Positions 1 to 13,672 of a DNA stretch of 64,000 bases are shown in pieces. How positions within the stretch are numbered: position 1 is the first letter of the stretch; every line of letters begins with the position of its first letter. Below the pieces are notes generated by a model. The model was given only the letters and a program-made list of their open reading frames with translations, did not search any database and was not told the DNA's origin. Where the stretch lies: the NCBI RefSeq assembly GCF_009914755.1, contig NC_060931.1. The stretch is one strand, 5' to 3'. Both the position numbers and the translations under genes were made by a program. The stretch is from the human T2T-CHM13v2.0 reference genome, Homo sapiens.

Positions 1-3000
1 ATCACTGGGTCTTATCTTAAAAGACTCATTTGTTGCATAGTGACAAATATCTCCTAGCAATTCCTACATTATTTAGGCCATGCACAATCATCTTGCTAAG
101 GAAGCAAAATTATGACTCCAGGACTTCCTGAAACATGAGGAAACATATTTACTTTTAAATATTATTTTCATAGTAAAAAAGTTAGCTTAGAAAAGGGTGC
201 TATCAACAATAAAATAAATATCCATTATGAGTAATTCTGACTCATTTTGAATTTGATTACCAGAATGACAAAAAATTCACTAGGTAAACTGATTAGGCTG
301 TTTTTCTCAGTATGCTTCCAAATTCTGTAAGACCAGCTTTTTAAGAAAGCTCAACTGCCATTTTTAAAACTCTTTCCAATACAAGGTATTTTCTGACTTG
401 GCAGAAATTAAAGCCTAAAAGAATTGTCTCTTGCTGTCAGAGGTTAACGGATCATATTGCCATTTATACAAACTGGGCATCAATCAGTTAAACAGTAAGG
501 CTTAGGTTGAGGTCTGGCTGCACCCCAGGGCCTGCAGGCAGCCGTTGGCACTCCTCAGGTACAGTGGGAGGTGTTATGTATGAGACAGGAAACAACCTTA
601 GCGACAGGTGTGTTTGATTAATGAAGGAGAAAGAGGGAAACCATCTACAGCTTCCCAACCAATGACAAAATATGACGAGCTCTTCTCACAACCGGAGAAA
701 CAGAATAGCCAAAGGGAGAGGGGGCCAGGGTGGCACCAGCAGGAAAAATGTCCTGTCTCACAGCAACCAGTACAGGAGAAGCAGAAGCTTGTATTAGAGA
801 GTTGGACATACTTCATAAGAAAATAAATGAAATTATTGAATCTTTTCTTGAGGGAATACCATTTATTTGGACTTCAGGCCTAAAATCTGAGTATTTTCAG
901 AATGTCCCCTCTGAGACTGGCATGGAAGTACGGTACTAACCAGCCAAGCAGAAAATATTAGGTCACAAGAAACATATTACAAGCAGAATAAGGAAAACAT
1001 AGACACACAACAAAGATCTAGGAGGAGATGCTTTCCTAACTCCTGAGAGAAATGAAGAAAGATTTATTAGTAGGAACACTGACATTGTACCATGAATTAC
1101 ACCTGTTAATAGTATTTACAGTTTGCTGGATACATATACATCTATACATAAGAGTATATGTATATATGTTTATATATGTATATGTGTACAAAGGTATATA
1201 TATGCATATATACACACATATGCAAACACATGCCATTCTTTTCAACTAACTCCTTTTGCCATTTTTCCAAAGTCCTATGGAGTAATGATAGAGACTACCT
1301 GAACATGTAATAACTCAGCTAACCTTTATTCATTCCCCTGATGCCAAGTGAACTTTACCTAGAAACCAGAGGTCACCAAGATCTTATACTAACTGAAAAC
1401 TTCATGTACATTAGCATAGTCAAGGTAAGCCAGGAATACTAGTTGCTTTTGTTAGATCTTCTTCCCTTCTGAAACCTAATCTTCCAAATTCAAAGAAACT
1501 GCCACAGAGCAAAATAATTTGAACAATGAATGATTATCTAATACGATCACTCACATTTGAAGTATGACCTCATCTAACCTGTCTAAATACTTGAGACAAT
1601 TTAGATTTTCAAACTATTCAAAGTACTGAAATTCCACACATGTCCTTTGTAATTCTCTGCTTCATTCAAGAAATCTCCTTTCCAAATTACCACTTTCAAA
1701 ATATAATTTGCCAACACACAGAAAATCAAAGACTTCCCTGAAAGGTGTATTGTCTTTCTACCCAAGGAACTCTCATTAGACTTCCAAATATTGACAGAAT
1801 TCTAATAATTACTATAATTCAGATGCACACATACATATGTATGCATATCCATACACATATATGTAAAATTTTAAGTTATAGTGCTCAACTCATACTACAC
1901 ACCCATTTTTAAGTGTGTAAAAATATACTTTAAATGCAAAAAGTATAGTTTTGTTTTTAGAAATGCAGTTTGCTTCATAACTTCATTGTGTTGATACTAT
2001 AAGGATCCTCCTTACAAGGTACAATTTTGTTTAATATATAAAATAAATACAATTGTATTGGGGAAAAATTTTCTCTCATGAATTGACAACCAAAAACTGC
2101 TCTTCTAAAAGTGTTTTTTTTAAGGTTTGTTTTTGGTTTTACTTTTACATTGAATCCAAAACACTGTAACTAATAATGACAGTTGTTACCACTCATGAAG
2201 TCCTAAGAGAAACCAAAATTTATGTCCCTTTAAGATGACTCTTAGTTAAAATTATTCATCACAGCTAAAGAGGAAAAAAAATCTGCTTAAACTTGTAGCA
2301 ACAACATTTTCATACAGTGTTAATTAGATCAAAGCAAACAAATGTCTTTTTAAAGTAAAATGAAATTTTTCTATGGTTTATTTTTTAAAAAAATATTTAA
2401 CTCAAGAACACCACCAAAAACAAACTCTAAAGCTTATTTTATATAAATGCTAAAATCTATTCAATTTTTTCATCATAATGAATAACAAAATCAAGGACAT
2501 TGGAGTGAAATTATTCTTAAGTATTTTTGGTTTGTATGAAACCTTGGAACAATTATTCAGATTAATTCCCAGACTGTTTATTAAAACATTGTTGTTACTT
2601 ATTTAAGACAGCAGTAATTGTTTAACCCTCTAGTCTCCCATGATTTAAATATTCTAATAGCCCTAACATGCTATTAATGTTAATAAATTCATTCTTTTAT
2701 AACTATATTAGAAATTCGTCGTCTGCTTTTTAGTCATTTACATTGCAGAAAAAGTATTCTTATCATCCCTTTAAAAAACCCTTCATGTTAGTTATAGAAA
2801 TTCATATATCTTTCTTTCTTTCCACAGCTCCTAGTAAAGTGCCATATCATACAGATGCCCAATAATATTTCAAACAGAATTATAAAAAGCCTAAATATAA
2901 TATATTTGAACCACTATTTTCTAATAGGCAAAATTTTTAACTTACACAAAGTTCTTAACAGTTTTTAACTGTTCTTAACATAGTAGATTTTATGGTGTTT

Positions 3001-3070
3001 ATGCATATTCAACCAAACAAACTTCTTTTATTAATGTATTACAGAGACTGGAAGGATTAGAGATGGGAAT

Positions 3071-3148
3071 AAAATATTAAAACCTTTTATCTGGAGTTTA
3101 CATGTGAAAATATTAAAACCTTTTATCTGGAGTTTACACGTGAAAATA
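3071..3148. repeat. 36-bp tandem duplication
   Basis: AAAATATTAAAACCTTTTATCTGGAGTTTACAYGTG occurs twice, with one mismatch. Confidence 0.9.
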
Positions 3149-3437
3149 GTCCTCAAAAGCTATTATTTTTTTCTTTATTTCATGAATGATTGGCTCATTG
3201 TTATATTAATTTAATAATTAAGATGTTCATTTAACTTATTTCATCTTCTTACTTGTGGAACATTAACCCAGGAAAGTACAAATAACATGAACTCTTAGTA
3301 AGAAGGTAAGCTGGTAATAAGTAATTGAAACTTCTAAGATTATCAATTTATTTTCTTCACCACAAATGTATTTTTTGCTCAGATATTTGGCCACCCAAAT
3401 GTTTCAAAATAAACCCACAGACTCACCTCCATATGTA

Positions 3438-3462
3438 ATATATATATATATATATATATATA
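3438..3462. repeat. (TA)n microsatellite, about 12 units, 7 nt into intron 3
   Basis: Read directly from the sequence. Confidence 0.95.
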
Positions 3463-3468
3463 ACTTAC

Positions 3469-4875
3469 CTCAGTCAAATGTGGTGTAGGGTTAAATCCAC
3501 AGAGATTACACACTTGATTCTTGCATTCAGTGCAAGTATTGAAGTTAGGAGGATCCTTAGAACCTATGTTGAGTTCAGTTTTGCAGAGAGGACAGGTTGA
3601 TTCTGGTTTGGGCGATTTCTCCAGTTTTGTGGGAAGGACAGCCTTTTGAGGCTCAGCTGTTAAAGATTTGCTATCCTTAATAGGTGGTGGCTTTTTTTCT
3701 GTTTCTGTTCTTTTTACTGTTGGAGCTTGTTCAGCTTTGGGCTCTAATTTTTCAGCTGCTGGGGCTTTTGTTTCCTTTTTCACAGGTATACTTTTTGCAG
3801 GTGCTGGTGGTGCTTGACCTGTGGATTTGGGTGGCCCTTGTGAAGTAGGTGGCTGTGAAGGGGCAGGGGCTTGTTTCATTGGGGCCCCTGGTCCACTTTG
3901 TGAATGAGGTCCAGGTTGGCCTGCAGTGGAAATTAAATTTGATGCCTGGCTGAAGATTGATGCTCCAAACCCAAAGAGTTTCCCAGTCACGGTCTCTTGA
4001 GGAGTTGTAGGCTGTGATTTGGGGGCATCAGTAATACTTCCCAGATTCAGACTGAAACGCCTTGACTGCTCCTGAGGCTTTGGGGACTGTTGAGGTGTGG
4101 GGACAGTTTGGCCAGCGGTAGGTCGTGGGCCAGGGGGTGTTGGTGACCCTTTTGGCATTGGCTTGGCATCTGGTTTAGGACTCATTTTGGTTTGTGCTTT
4201 CTTGGGTTCTTCCTTCTTTTGTACGGGGTCAACTTGTTTTTGACCTTTGCTCTCTGAACTGGGACCAGGATGTGAAATAATTTTTGAATCTGATGCAGGT
4301 CGAGGTATGGCTTTAGAATCAAATGGGCTGACTTTTTCCCCTGTTGGTGGAAAACTCTGTGAGGGTTTGGCAGAGTCTGTTTTTAGAGGAGGGGTTGTTT
4401 TCTCTTCAGCTTGTGACTGTACTTTGGAGCTTGGAATATCAGGTTTTGTTGTTGCTGATGATGAAGATACAAGGTCAGTGGTTGGCTTTACCATCTTGGG
4501 CTGCTTTGGTTTATCATCAGCAACAGGGGCCTTGTCCTGCTCAGATGGGACAGAAGGTTCTTTGGGAGGGGCTGGCTTGGACAAAGAATCTGCCTCAGGG
4601 GGCTGCTTGGCCTTGGCTGAAGGAGAGCCATGAAGGGTTGGTTGTTTCACTAGTGGTGGTGGCTTTTTAGGCTCAGGTGCCTTGGAGAGATCCTGTTTTG
4701 GTGCAGCATCCTTCTTTGGGGAAGTCTGCTGTGGCTGTGGGGATGATTTGCTCACTGCTGATGTAGTGGTAACAGGTGCAGTCTTCAGTTTGGGCTGGGG
4801 TGATGACGGAACTGGAGCCAGATCCCCGCCTAGAGCTCTTTTCATTTGACAGTTCAAACAGAGCCACTCTTTTAC
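3469..4875 (-). CDS. PCLO: PCLO exon 3 (1407 nt): end of zinc finger 1 (VKEWLCLNC), P/S/K-rich linker, N-terminal part of zinc finger 2
   Basis: ORF 3379..4857 extends back to the acceptor TTTGTAG|GTA AAA GAG TGG. The exon ends CNLCGFNPTPHLTE with donor GAG|GTAAGT and is in frame with exon 2 (phase 0). Confidence 0.97.
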
Positions 4876-5037
4876 CTACAAATAATATAAAACAATGGTC
4901 ACCGAGACAATACTGTAAAAACACAAAAATGTTTTCAAAACATGCATACTGCCATTTGAAACTATGTCTCTCATCATTCAAAGCAGAAAATATAGAGAAA
5001 ATTATTTTAATAAATTGATATTAAAATATAATTAATT

Positions 5038-5328
<291 letters not shown>

Positions 5329-5461
5329 TTATATATATATGTCTCCTCAGGGACTAAAGTACCCTATATTAAGGAATATATAAAGTAAAAATCAAAATAT
5401 AGTTTTGTGTTTCTTCTAATGGTAATTGTTATTCTTTGCCTTTGATTTACTTAAATTTTGA

Positions 5462-5586
5462 TTATCCCCAGAAATAGAAAACCATGTATAATTTAAGAAA
5501 AAGCAAGTTTTATGTGTTTTTTTAACAAGCTTTCACAAAATTTGTTTTTTCTTAGATTATACATGGTTTTCTGTTTCTGGGAATAA
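5462..5586. repeat. Imperfect inverted repeat, about 53-bp arms and a 17-nt loop
   Basis: CCAGAAATAGAAAACCATGTATAATTTAAGAAAAA pairs with TTTTTCTTAGATTATACATGGTTTTCTGTTTCTGG. Confidence 0.88.
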
Positions 5587-6645
5587 AACATGTTAGATAT
5601 CATAAATCAGTTATGAGAGTTATTTTCTCTATTGATGGCTCATAATCAATTTTAAGATATACAGCCCAGAGTAGGATTGCTAAATTATGAACACATTGCT
5701 AATTTTTAAAATTAGCAAAGCATTACTCCCCCCTCCCAGGTGACATTCAAATATTTTAAAATACAAATTGTTAACAATGCTGAGTTAGAAATAGGATATT
5801 CTCTGTTAACAAAGTAAATAAAAAATAATAGCACTCCCTCAAATGATCACAAATAGCATGATTTAACAGGGAAAACATGGTTTCCTTAGAAATTTTATGA
5901 AGATACTTGAAAAAGCAATATGAGTAAGTAACGTACATATTTGACTGGTGATATATACATGTACATGTATGCATGTGAATGAGAGAGATTTGTATATATA
6001 TGAGATATACATATATATACACAATATGCAAATGCTTTTTTGCATTGCATCTATTGTGAAAAGATGTTGTGTTTGATACCATATTTTACAAGATAATTTA
6101 AAAGTACCTATGTTTAACATTTACCTTTTTTATTATTCTAAAATAATGTTTCCTTATAATAGATTATTTTAAATATTACCAAAATAATTTAGAATATATA
6201 ATTATGCCATGATCCAACGTTCTCCACCCAAGGTAACCAATGTAAATAATTTGGCACTGAAATTCTTTGTACAGAATGCTGCACAATGAAACAATATATA
6301 TAAATAGAAGGAGCACAGGCACCAGACAAATTTCCCACAGTACAAAATTGCAAAGTGTTCAGCTGGCAAACAGTACATTTTCTATTTTCAAACAGTTTCT
6401 TTTTGAAAAACAAATTGAATTAATCATTCCTAAACATTTTAAAACTTCTTTGAAATTATTTAAACTCATGTACCAGTATCACAAGGCTTATTTTGCACTC
6501 TCACGGAAAGTAAACTTATGTTTGGAGAAGGTTAAATGAGATTTTCAGTTTGAACTGAAACGTTATACTTCTGTTTTAAAAACTGAATCACAAAGTAAAA
6601 TTATGATATTGTTAAACATGGGTGGTTGGTACATGGATATTCATT

Positions 6646-6951
<306 letters not shown>

Positions 6952-7598
6952 ATGGATATTCATTATATTTATTTGCAATATGGGTATTATACACCTCTGT
7001 ACTCACTATATTGTCTTAACCTTTCTATATGTTTGAAGCATTTCACAAAATAAATAACTCTTTATACATATAAATATTTGAAGTCCTAAAACAATCAAAC
7101 AATTGCTACTTCTGCAAGTACCATGACAAAAGGCAGGCAAAAATGTAAGAAAATTTTCACTCCATTTTCCTTAATGGAAGGAAATATGTCTATAAATATG
7201 CATCTACCCACTCACTCATATCCCCTATTATCAATGTCAACTCTGCTGTTCTACTATGTGTTTTTCTCATTAATTTTCTTCCATAGTCTCACATGATCAC
7301 CTCATAATCATGCAGCCAGACAAAAGAAGAAAAATAGAATTAAAGGCATAATTCTTACATGTATAGTCACTGACTTTTTTCTATAAAATACCTATTACGT
7401 GCAAGATCTGTATCCACATTAACTAGTTTAAATTATAAATTTCCAGGATTAGTAATTTTCATTACCATTAATTGCTTTTATTCTTTTTAACAAGCGTCAT
7501 AACCAAAGTAGTTTCAAAATAAAAAATTCTTTTATGCAAATATTTATTGAGCACCTTCTATAAGGCAAATACCACTGAATAAAAGAAGCAAAAATCAT

Positions 7599-7884
7599 GC
7601 CGGGCGCTGTGGCTCAGGCCTGTAATCCCAGCACTTTGGAAGGCCAACATGGGCAGATCTCCTGAGGTCAGGAGTTCGAGACCAGCCTGGCCAACATGGT
7701 GAAACATTGTCTCTATTACAAATACAAAAATTAGCCAGGTGTAGTGGTGCATGCCTGCAGTCCCAGCCATTTGGGAGGCTGAAGTTGGAGAATCGCTTAA
7801 ACCTGGGAGGTGGAGGTTGCATTGAGCCGAGAAGCACTCCAGCCTGGATGACGGAGCAAGACTGTCTCAAAAAGAAAAAAAAAA
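7599..7884 (+). mobile_element. Alu (AluS)
   Basis: Dimeric Alu with a small right-arm deletion and an A tail. Confidence 0.93.
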
Positions 7885-7975
7885 GAAGCAGCAGCAAATA
7901 TCCCTGTCCTGATGGAGGCTATATAACAACCAAACAAGTGAATGCATAAGACAATTTCAAGGTTATGGTAGATAC

Positions 7976-8200
7976 CATAAGTGGGAGATGAACAATGAGA
8001 ACACATGGACACAGGGAGGAGAACATCACACACTGGGGCCTCTCGGGGGGTGGGGAAATAGGGGGTGATAGCATTAGGAGAAATACCTAATGTCGATAAC
8101 AGGTTAGTGGGTGCAGCAAACCACCATGGCACGTGTATATCTATGTAACACACCTGCACGTTCTGCACATGTATCCCAGAACTTAAAGTATAATAAAAAA
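7976..8200 (+). mobile_element. L1PA 3' end fragment
   Basis: GAACAATGAGAACACATGGACACAGGGAG...GCACATGTATCCCAGAACTTAAAGTATAATAAAA, the primate L1 3' UTR. Confidence 0.92.
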
Positions 8201-11200
8201 AGACATTAAAAAATTATGATATAAAATCCCAATTCAAGTTGTTTTAAAAAGAGAAAACAATTATCTTTATATAATAGCGGAAAATATAGATGGCGGAATT
8301 AAAGCCTCGTCATATTTTCTAACAGAACTTTCTGATAAACTTGATTAAATAAAAATTTTAAATATCACTAAACACATAGAAGAAATAAATTTAAACCTTC
8401 ACAAAAAATAAAGTACAATGAATGAAGACAAGGTGTACTTGAAAAAAGAACTGAATAAATATTCTACATATAAAAAAAATCTGATGATATTGTGGTGATT
8501 CTTTACTTTGCTACTAGTTTCTCTTTTTTTCTTCTGAAAAATTTCTTGGGATGTATTTGGTTTCATTAGTAAAATTCTAAGTTTCTTTGCAATCTGAACA
8601 TTGGAGCTTCATCCATAGCCAGTATGCCCTAACATTATCTTTGGACAACTGTAAAATTAGAACACTGCCAGACATATTTAATGTATGATGTATATCAACA
8701 CTGGGACACATTTTATACTATCTTTATTCCAAAATCAAATGATTCACTGTGGTTTATAAATGTACATGGATATATCTCTACCTAAGCAGATAGTTAGGAG
8801 AGTTAGTAAAAATGAGGTGGAAAATAGGAGTCACTGTCCCTTCACAGGGAGAGAATTCTGCTTTTCTCCTAATATACCCTTTGCTTGAACAGACTCCAAC
8901 CCCTCATCTTTTGTCCTTTAAATGACCACATTTATTTTAACTTTGATAAACAACACAGAAAGATATTTGATCCATCAACATTCACCCTCATTGCTAGAAT
9001 ACGGGTTGAAATCATTATCTACGGCTAGCACTATATAAAAGCTTTTATCCTCTTAGGATTTTTTAGAAAGCACCTCCTTTTTATTTAATTATACTGGCCA
9101 AATCTGTTGAAGGTAGAAATGATTTGTATTTCAGCACTTAACAGTCTTGTATTGAAAACAGCAGCTTTTGCAAGCCCCGATGCAACTGACAAAAAGACAA
9201 AAGAAAAAGAAAAAAGAAAAAAATCTTTCCTACACATTGACCAAATGAAAAAGTCCATAACCAGCCCCAGCATTAACGTCACAAACCATCTTTACTGTCA
9301 GTCAGGTCTTTCACAGCGCACTTAGGGTGAGCAATGAATAGTAATACTTCCACTGCTTTCTCAGTTACCCAAGTTCAAAATCTCATAATATTTTTGCCAC
9401 ATTCCGATTTATTCTGAAGTGGGTCTGGATTGCTTGTGAAATGTTCTCTCACATTTCCAAAGCCACTGTCTCTCATTTGGCCATTATTATTTCTCAAACA
9501 CTTCACATTTTCACCAAAAGTAACCTGTTTAATACAACCACTCCCCTTCAAACCTCAATGCCTTAATGCCTTTATCTATGAAATAAAGTAAAAATGTTTA
9601 CAAGAAATTTAAAGTATATAATTCTGTTGGTGTTCTTATGCTAGTATTTATGTAATTCTGCTATTTCCAAGCCTGTATCTCCCCAGACTCAAAACAACAA
9701 ACTGTAAAGATTTACTCATGGTAGTCTTTCTATTAATCTCCAGTGTATATATGACACTTTAAGCATCAGTTATGTTCACAAACATTTTTTGAACTAGTTT
9801 GAATTAAACAAATTAATTTAAAATATTTAACTGTGCTCTGTGTTTACTGTGAATCTCCCACTGTTTAGCCAATCTGTACAGCATTCTCAAGATGCATGCC
9901 ATTCTCCATAGAACCCTACTTTGTACCTTAGGCCACTGAAAATCTATTCACATTTTGATTCAAATTGAAGAGTCTCTCACAATTACAACATCTGCTAGCC
10001 ATAAATATTTTTCCTGCCTGGAGATAATCACTGCCTTGTTTTACTTCCAAAATTAAACCTTTATCTCCAACACTGAGTAGAGACATACCTGCCTCAGACA
10101 CTTGCTGCCAGTTACACATAGTAACTATAATACACTTGGTCCCTTCATTCTGCATGATTGGGTTTTCATCTGCTACAGCCATAAATGAAAATCTTAGATG
10201 ATTTTAGTCCTTATCACTTCCTCCCCATGCCTGATTCACAGAAGATGGAGAAGTTAGGCAGACAATCTCTGCAGCCATGCCTGATTCACAGAAGATGGCT
10301 TCCACAAAGGTTTCCTAAAGAACTTCCCAAATGCCCTGTCAAAAGTGGCACTGCCTCTCCAACATGATACTACAATCCACATCCATTTGACAAATGGTGG
10401 GAGAAACGGAATAAACTCTACCAGGAGAGCCTACAACGATATCAATGTGTCCTGAAACAACTCTTAGTTCCATGTGCACACATTAAAAGGGAAGAATCCA
10501 ACTGTCTTAGATAGATGTCAAGCCTGAACTTTTCCTAAATTCCAGACTTTATATGACAAATAAGGAAAAATAGCCATCTTTGCTTTCCCTATCTATAGCC
10601 TTACTTACAGAAGGTGCATAAATGAAATTCAAGGTGTGAAGATACAACTGTTTAGTGAGCTACTTAAACTCAATTATCTCTATGGAAAGGAACAAAAGAA
10701 AGGCATAAAAGTATTTGTTCCTTTAGTCTTCTGATTTAATGTGCTATATAAATGGGGGTAAGAAGATGATCAGACAGGATTTCTGCTCATTCTGAGGCCA
10801 CTGTGTATTCTAATGTGGATTTGCATATAATTCCAACACTGCTGTCTGCTTAATTCAATCCTTGTGGTTTTATTTTGTTAAGCCTTTGTTATGTATGAGA
10901 GGTGTCAAATATAGTAATACAAGTTCATTGGCTAAAGTCTTTGATAGATAATCATAAGCACCCTATTTAGATTTTTCAAAAAGTACTACTTGAAGGTTTA
11001 ATTGTGAACTTCACATAAAGAGTATCAATTAATGGTGCCCTTTTCAAAATAAAGTATCAAAGCTATTGATTACCAAAAAATTATATTCTGATTTTTAAGA
11101 GTGTATCTTCAATAATGACTCAAAATAATCAGTTTGATACATCTAAGCAATGAAGTGAATTGATAAAATTTGGGGGTTTCAAAACTAAAGAATATTCCTG

Positions 11201-11895
11201 CTCAGAATTATTATTAATTTATTAAGATTCAAAACAGAATGGAAGCCCTGCCCCCCTCCCCCCGACACACACACACAATTCCAGAAAGCATAATGACCAA
11301 CATCCTCTCTTCTATGTAACTCTAACTGGAAAATTTAAACACATCAACATAATATTCATAATATGATCTCTGCTCAATTACATAGCCGTAGTACTTGGAA
11401 TAATGAAACATCAGAAGAACAAACACAATGTTAGGAATTTATATTTGCTCCTTTTTGTACTGTTCACATCAGCTGTTAAATAAATTTTCTTCAATCGTGC
11501 TATTTTCCTGTCTTTGTACAATAAAACCTGTTGGGCTCTTACTTTTAAACTCATCACAACTAAACTTTTCTGCAAACCGTAACATCTAAATGGACTATTT
11601 ACTCCATCAAAGCAGTATTCCCATTCTCTCTTACCTGAGTAAGAGATTCCCAGTCAACTTTGGGCTCCTCTCATGTTTATGTAAATGCTATCCATCTTTT
11701 ACAATCCACATTGAATTTCCTTTCCTCCTTTGTCATGTATTATTCCATCATCAATGAACATCTGCTGTTTTTCAACTATTACAGTACCATTATACCCCGA
11801 ACCACAGCATTTAAATTCAAATATGTAGTGATTTACAGTATTTTCCAATTGTTTCCTCTTGTCTCCTCATATAAACTTTTAAAAAGTGCAAACAT

Positions 11896-12186
11896 GGCCA
11901 GGCATGGTGGCTCACATCTGTAATCCCAGCACTTTGGGAGGCCAAAGCAGGCGGATCACCTGAGGTCAGGAGTCCAAAACCAGCCTGGCCAATATGGTGA
12001 AACCCCGTCTCTACTAAAAATACAAAAATCAGCCCGGCATGCTGGCATGTGCCTGTAATCCCAGCTACTCGGGAGGCTGAGGCAGCAGTATCGCTTGAAC
12101 CAGGAGATGGAGGTTGCAGTGAGTTGAGATCATGCCACTGCAATCCAGCCTGGGAGACATAGCAAGACTCCATCTCAAAAAAAAAA
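11896..12186 (+). mobile_element. Alu (AluSx-like)
   Basis: Full Alu with TSD AAAAAGWGCAAACA. Confidence 0.95.
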
Positions 12187-13321
12187 GAGCAAACACTTAT
12201 GCTTACTTTTACCTCTATGTTGGATACCAAGTAATTTTTAGATATTATTTAACGGTAAACTATGCAAAAGGCTTTTCTCCTATTTCTCATCATATTATTT
12301 TAAAATACTTATTGAAGACCTTCTATTACTTTGAATACCAAAAATATATAATATAACCAGACTAGAGGTTTTAAAAATCAGTATTAGGAAGATGAAATTG
12401 AGATAAAGTTTGATAACAGATTATGTTTTGTGCTACTCAAGGACTACTCAAGCCACATGAGCTCCCCGACAGAGGCAGTTACTCCCCAACAGCAGTTTGG
12501 ATTGAGATGACTCACTGTAGTTGACATCTTTAGCTATTCATATTCATGCATAATTTATTTTGGTTAAAAACTAGACACTAGCATTCCTCAGAACTGTGAT
12601 GGCATACTCAGCAACTTAATAAAACAATTTTCTTTAAAATAATACATCCAGAAATTGAATGGACATCTCCTCTCTGAAATTGCATGGATTACAATTTCTG
12701 CTATGTAATTCAGTAGCCATAAACAAACCTTGTAAAACATAAACTAAATATGCACTCTTTTCACAATAATGCTAACTGAATGCTAGCAATAAAATTTCTA
12801 AATCATTACAAATAGGATCAAGTGATAAAAGCATATTTTAATATGTTTGTCAGGATTGCCCAAAAAAAAAAAAAAAAAAACCTGACACTTTCACCAAAGC
12901 ACAATTTGTAAAATAATTACAGTACACGGACATGAAAGTGTATCCATACCGTATCACAATTACACAAAGAGAGGAGGATCTCAAATCAGTAAATTGAACT
13001 TACATGCATTATGCATTAACACTTCTAAACTGCCTCTCGTGGTGAATTCAAACTTTTACACCTCAGTTGATTAACACACACCTAGATATACCACAAAATA
13101 TTGCAGCTTGTGATCCAAGGGTTCCAATTAGACAGTGTTTGTGGAAGTATCTGAATAGTTTATTGCATTGTCCTCTTATTATTTCATTTAGAAATAACAA
13201 AAGATTATATTAGTGAAAAGAATCAAAGGTCTAAATATGAACTCATTCTATATGCTGAAAGCAGCATATCTTTAAATCAGACGCTCACTAGGATTAAGCC
13301 AATTAGTTGCATGTTGACTTA

Positions 13322-13672
<351 letters not shown>

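Noticed and set aside
598-939. Cluster of short ORFs in intron 3
   Set aside because: No recognisable homology and no convincing splice signals. Probably decayed repeat or chance.
4247-4670. Plus-strand ORFs overlapping exon 3
   Set aside because: Antisense shadows of a biased coding exon, with no independent evidence.
10225-10298. Repeat-spacer-repeat as a CRISPR-like array
   Set aside because: Only two repeats, primate DNA and no cas genes.
11625-11650. CAG|GTAAGA on the minus strand as a recursive splice site in intron 2
   Set aside because: The polypyrimidine tract is weak, the site is folded into a small hairpin, and such motifs occur by chance.
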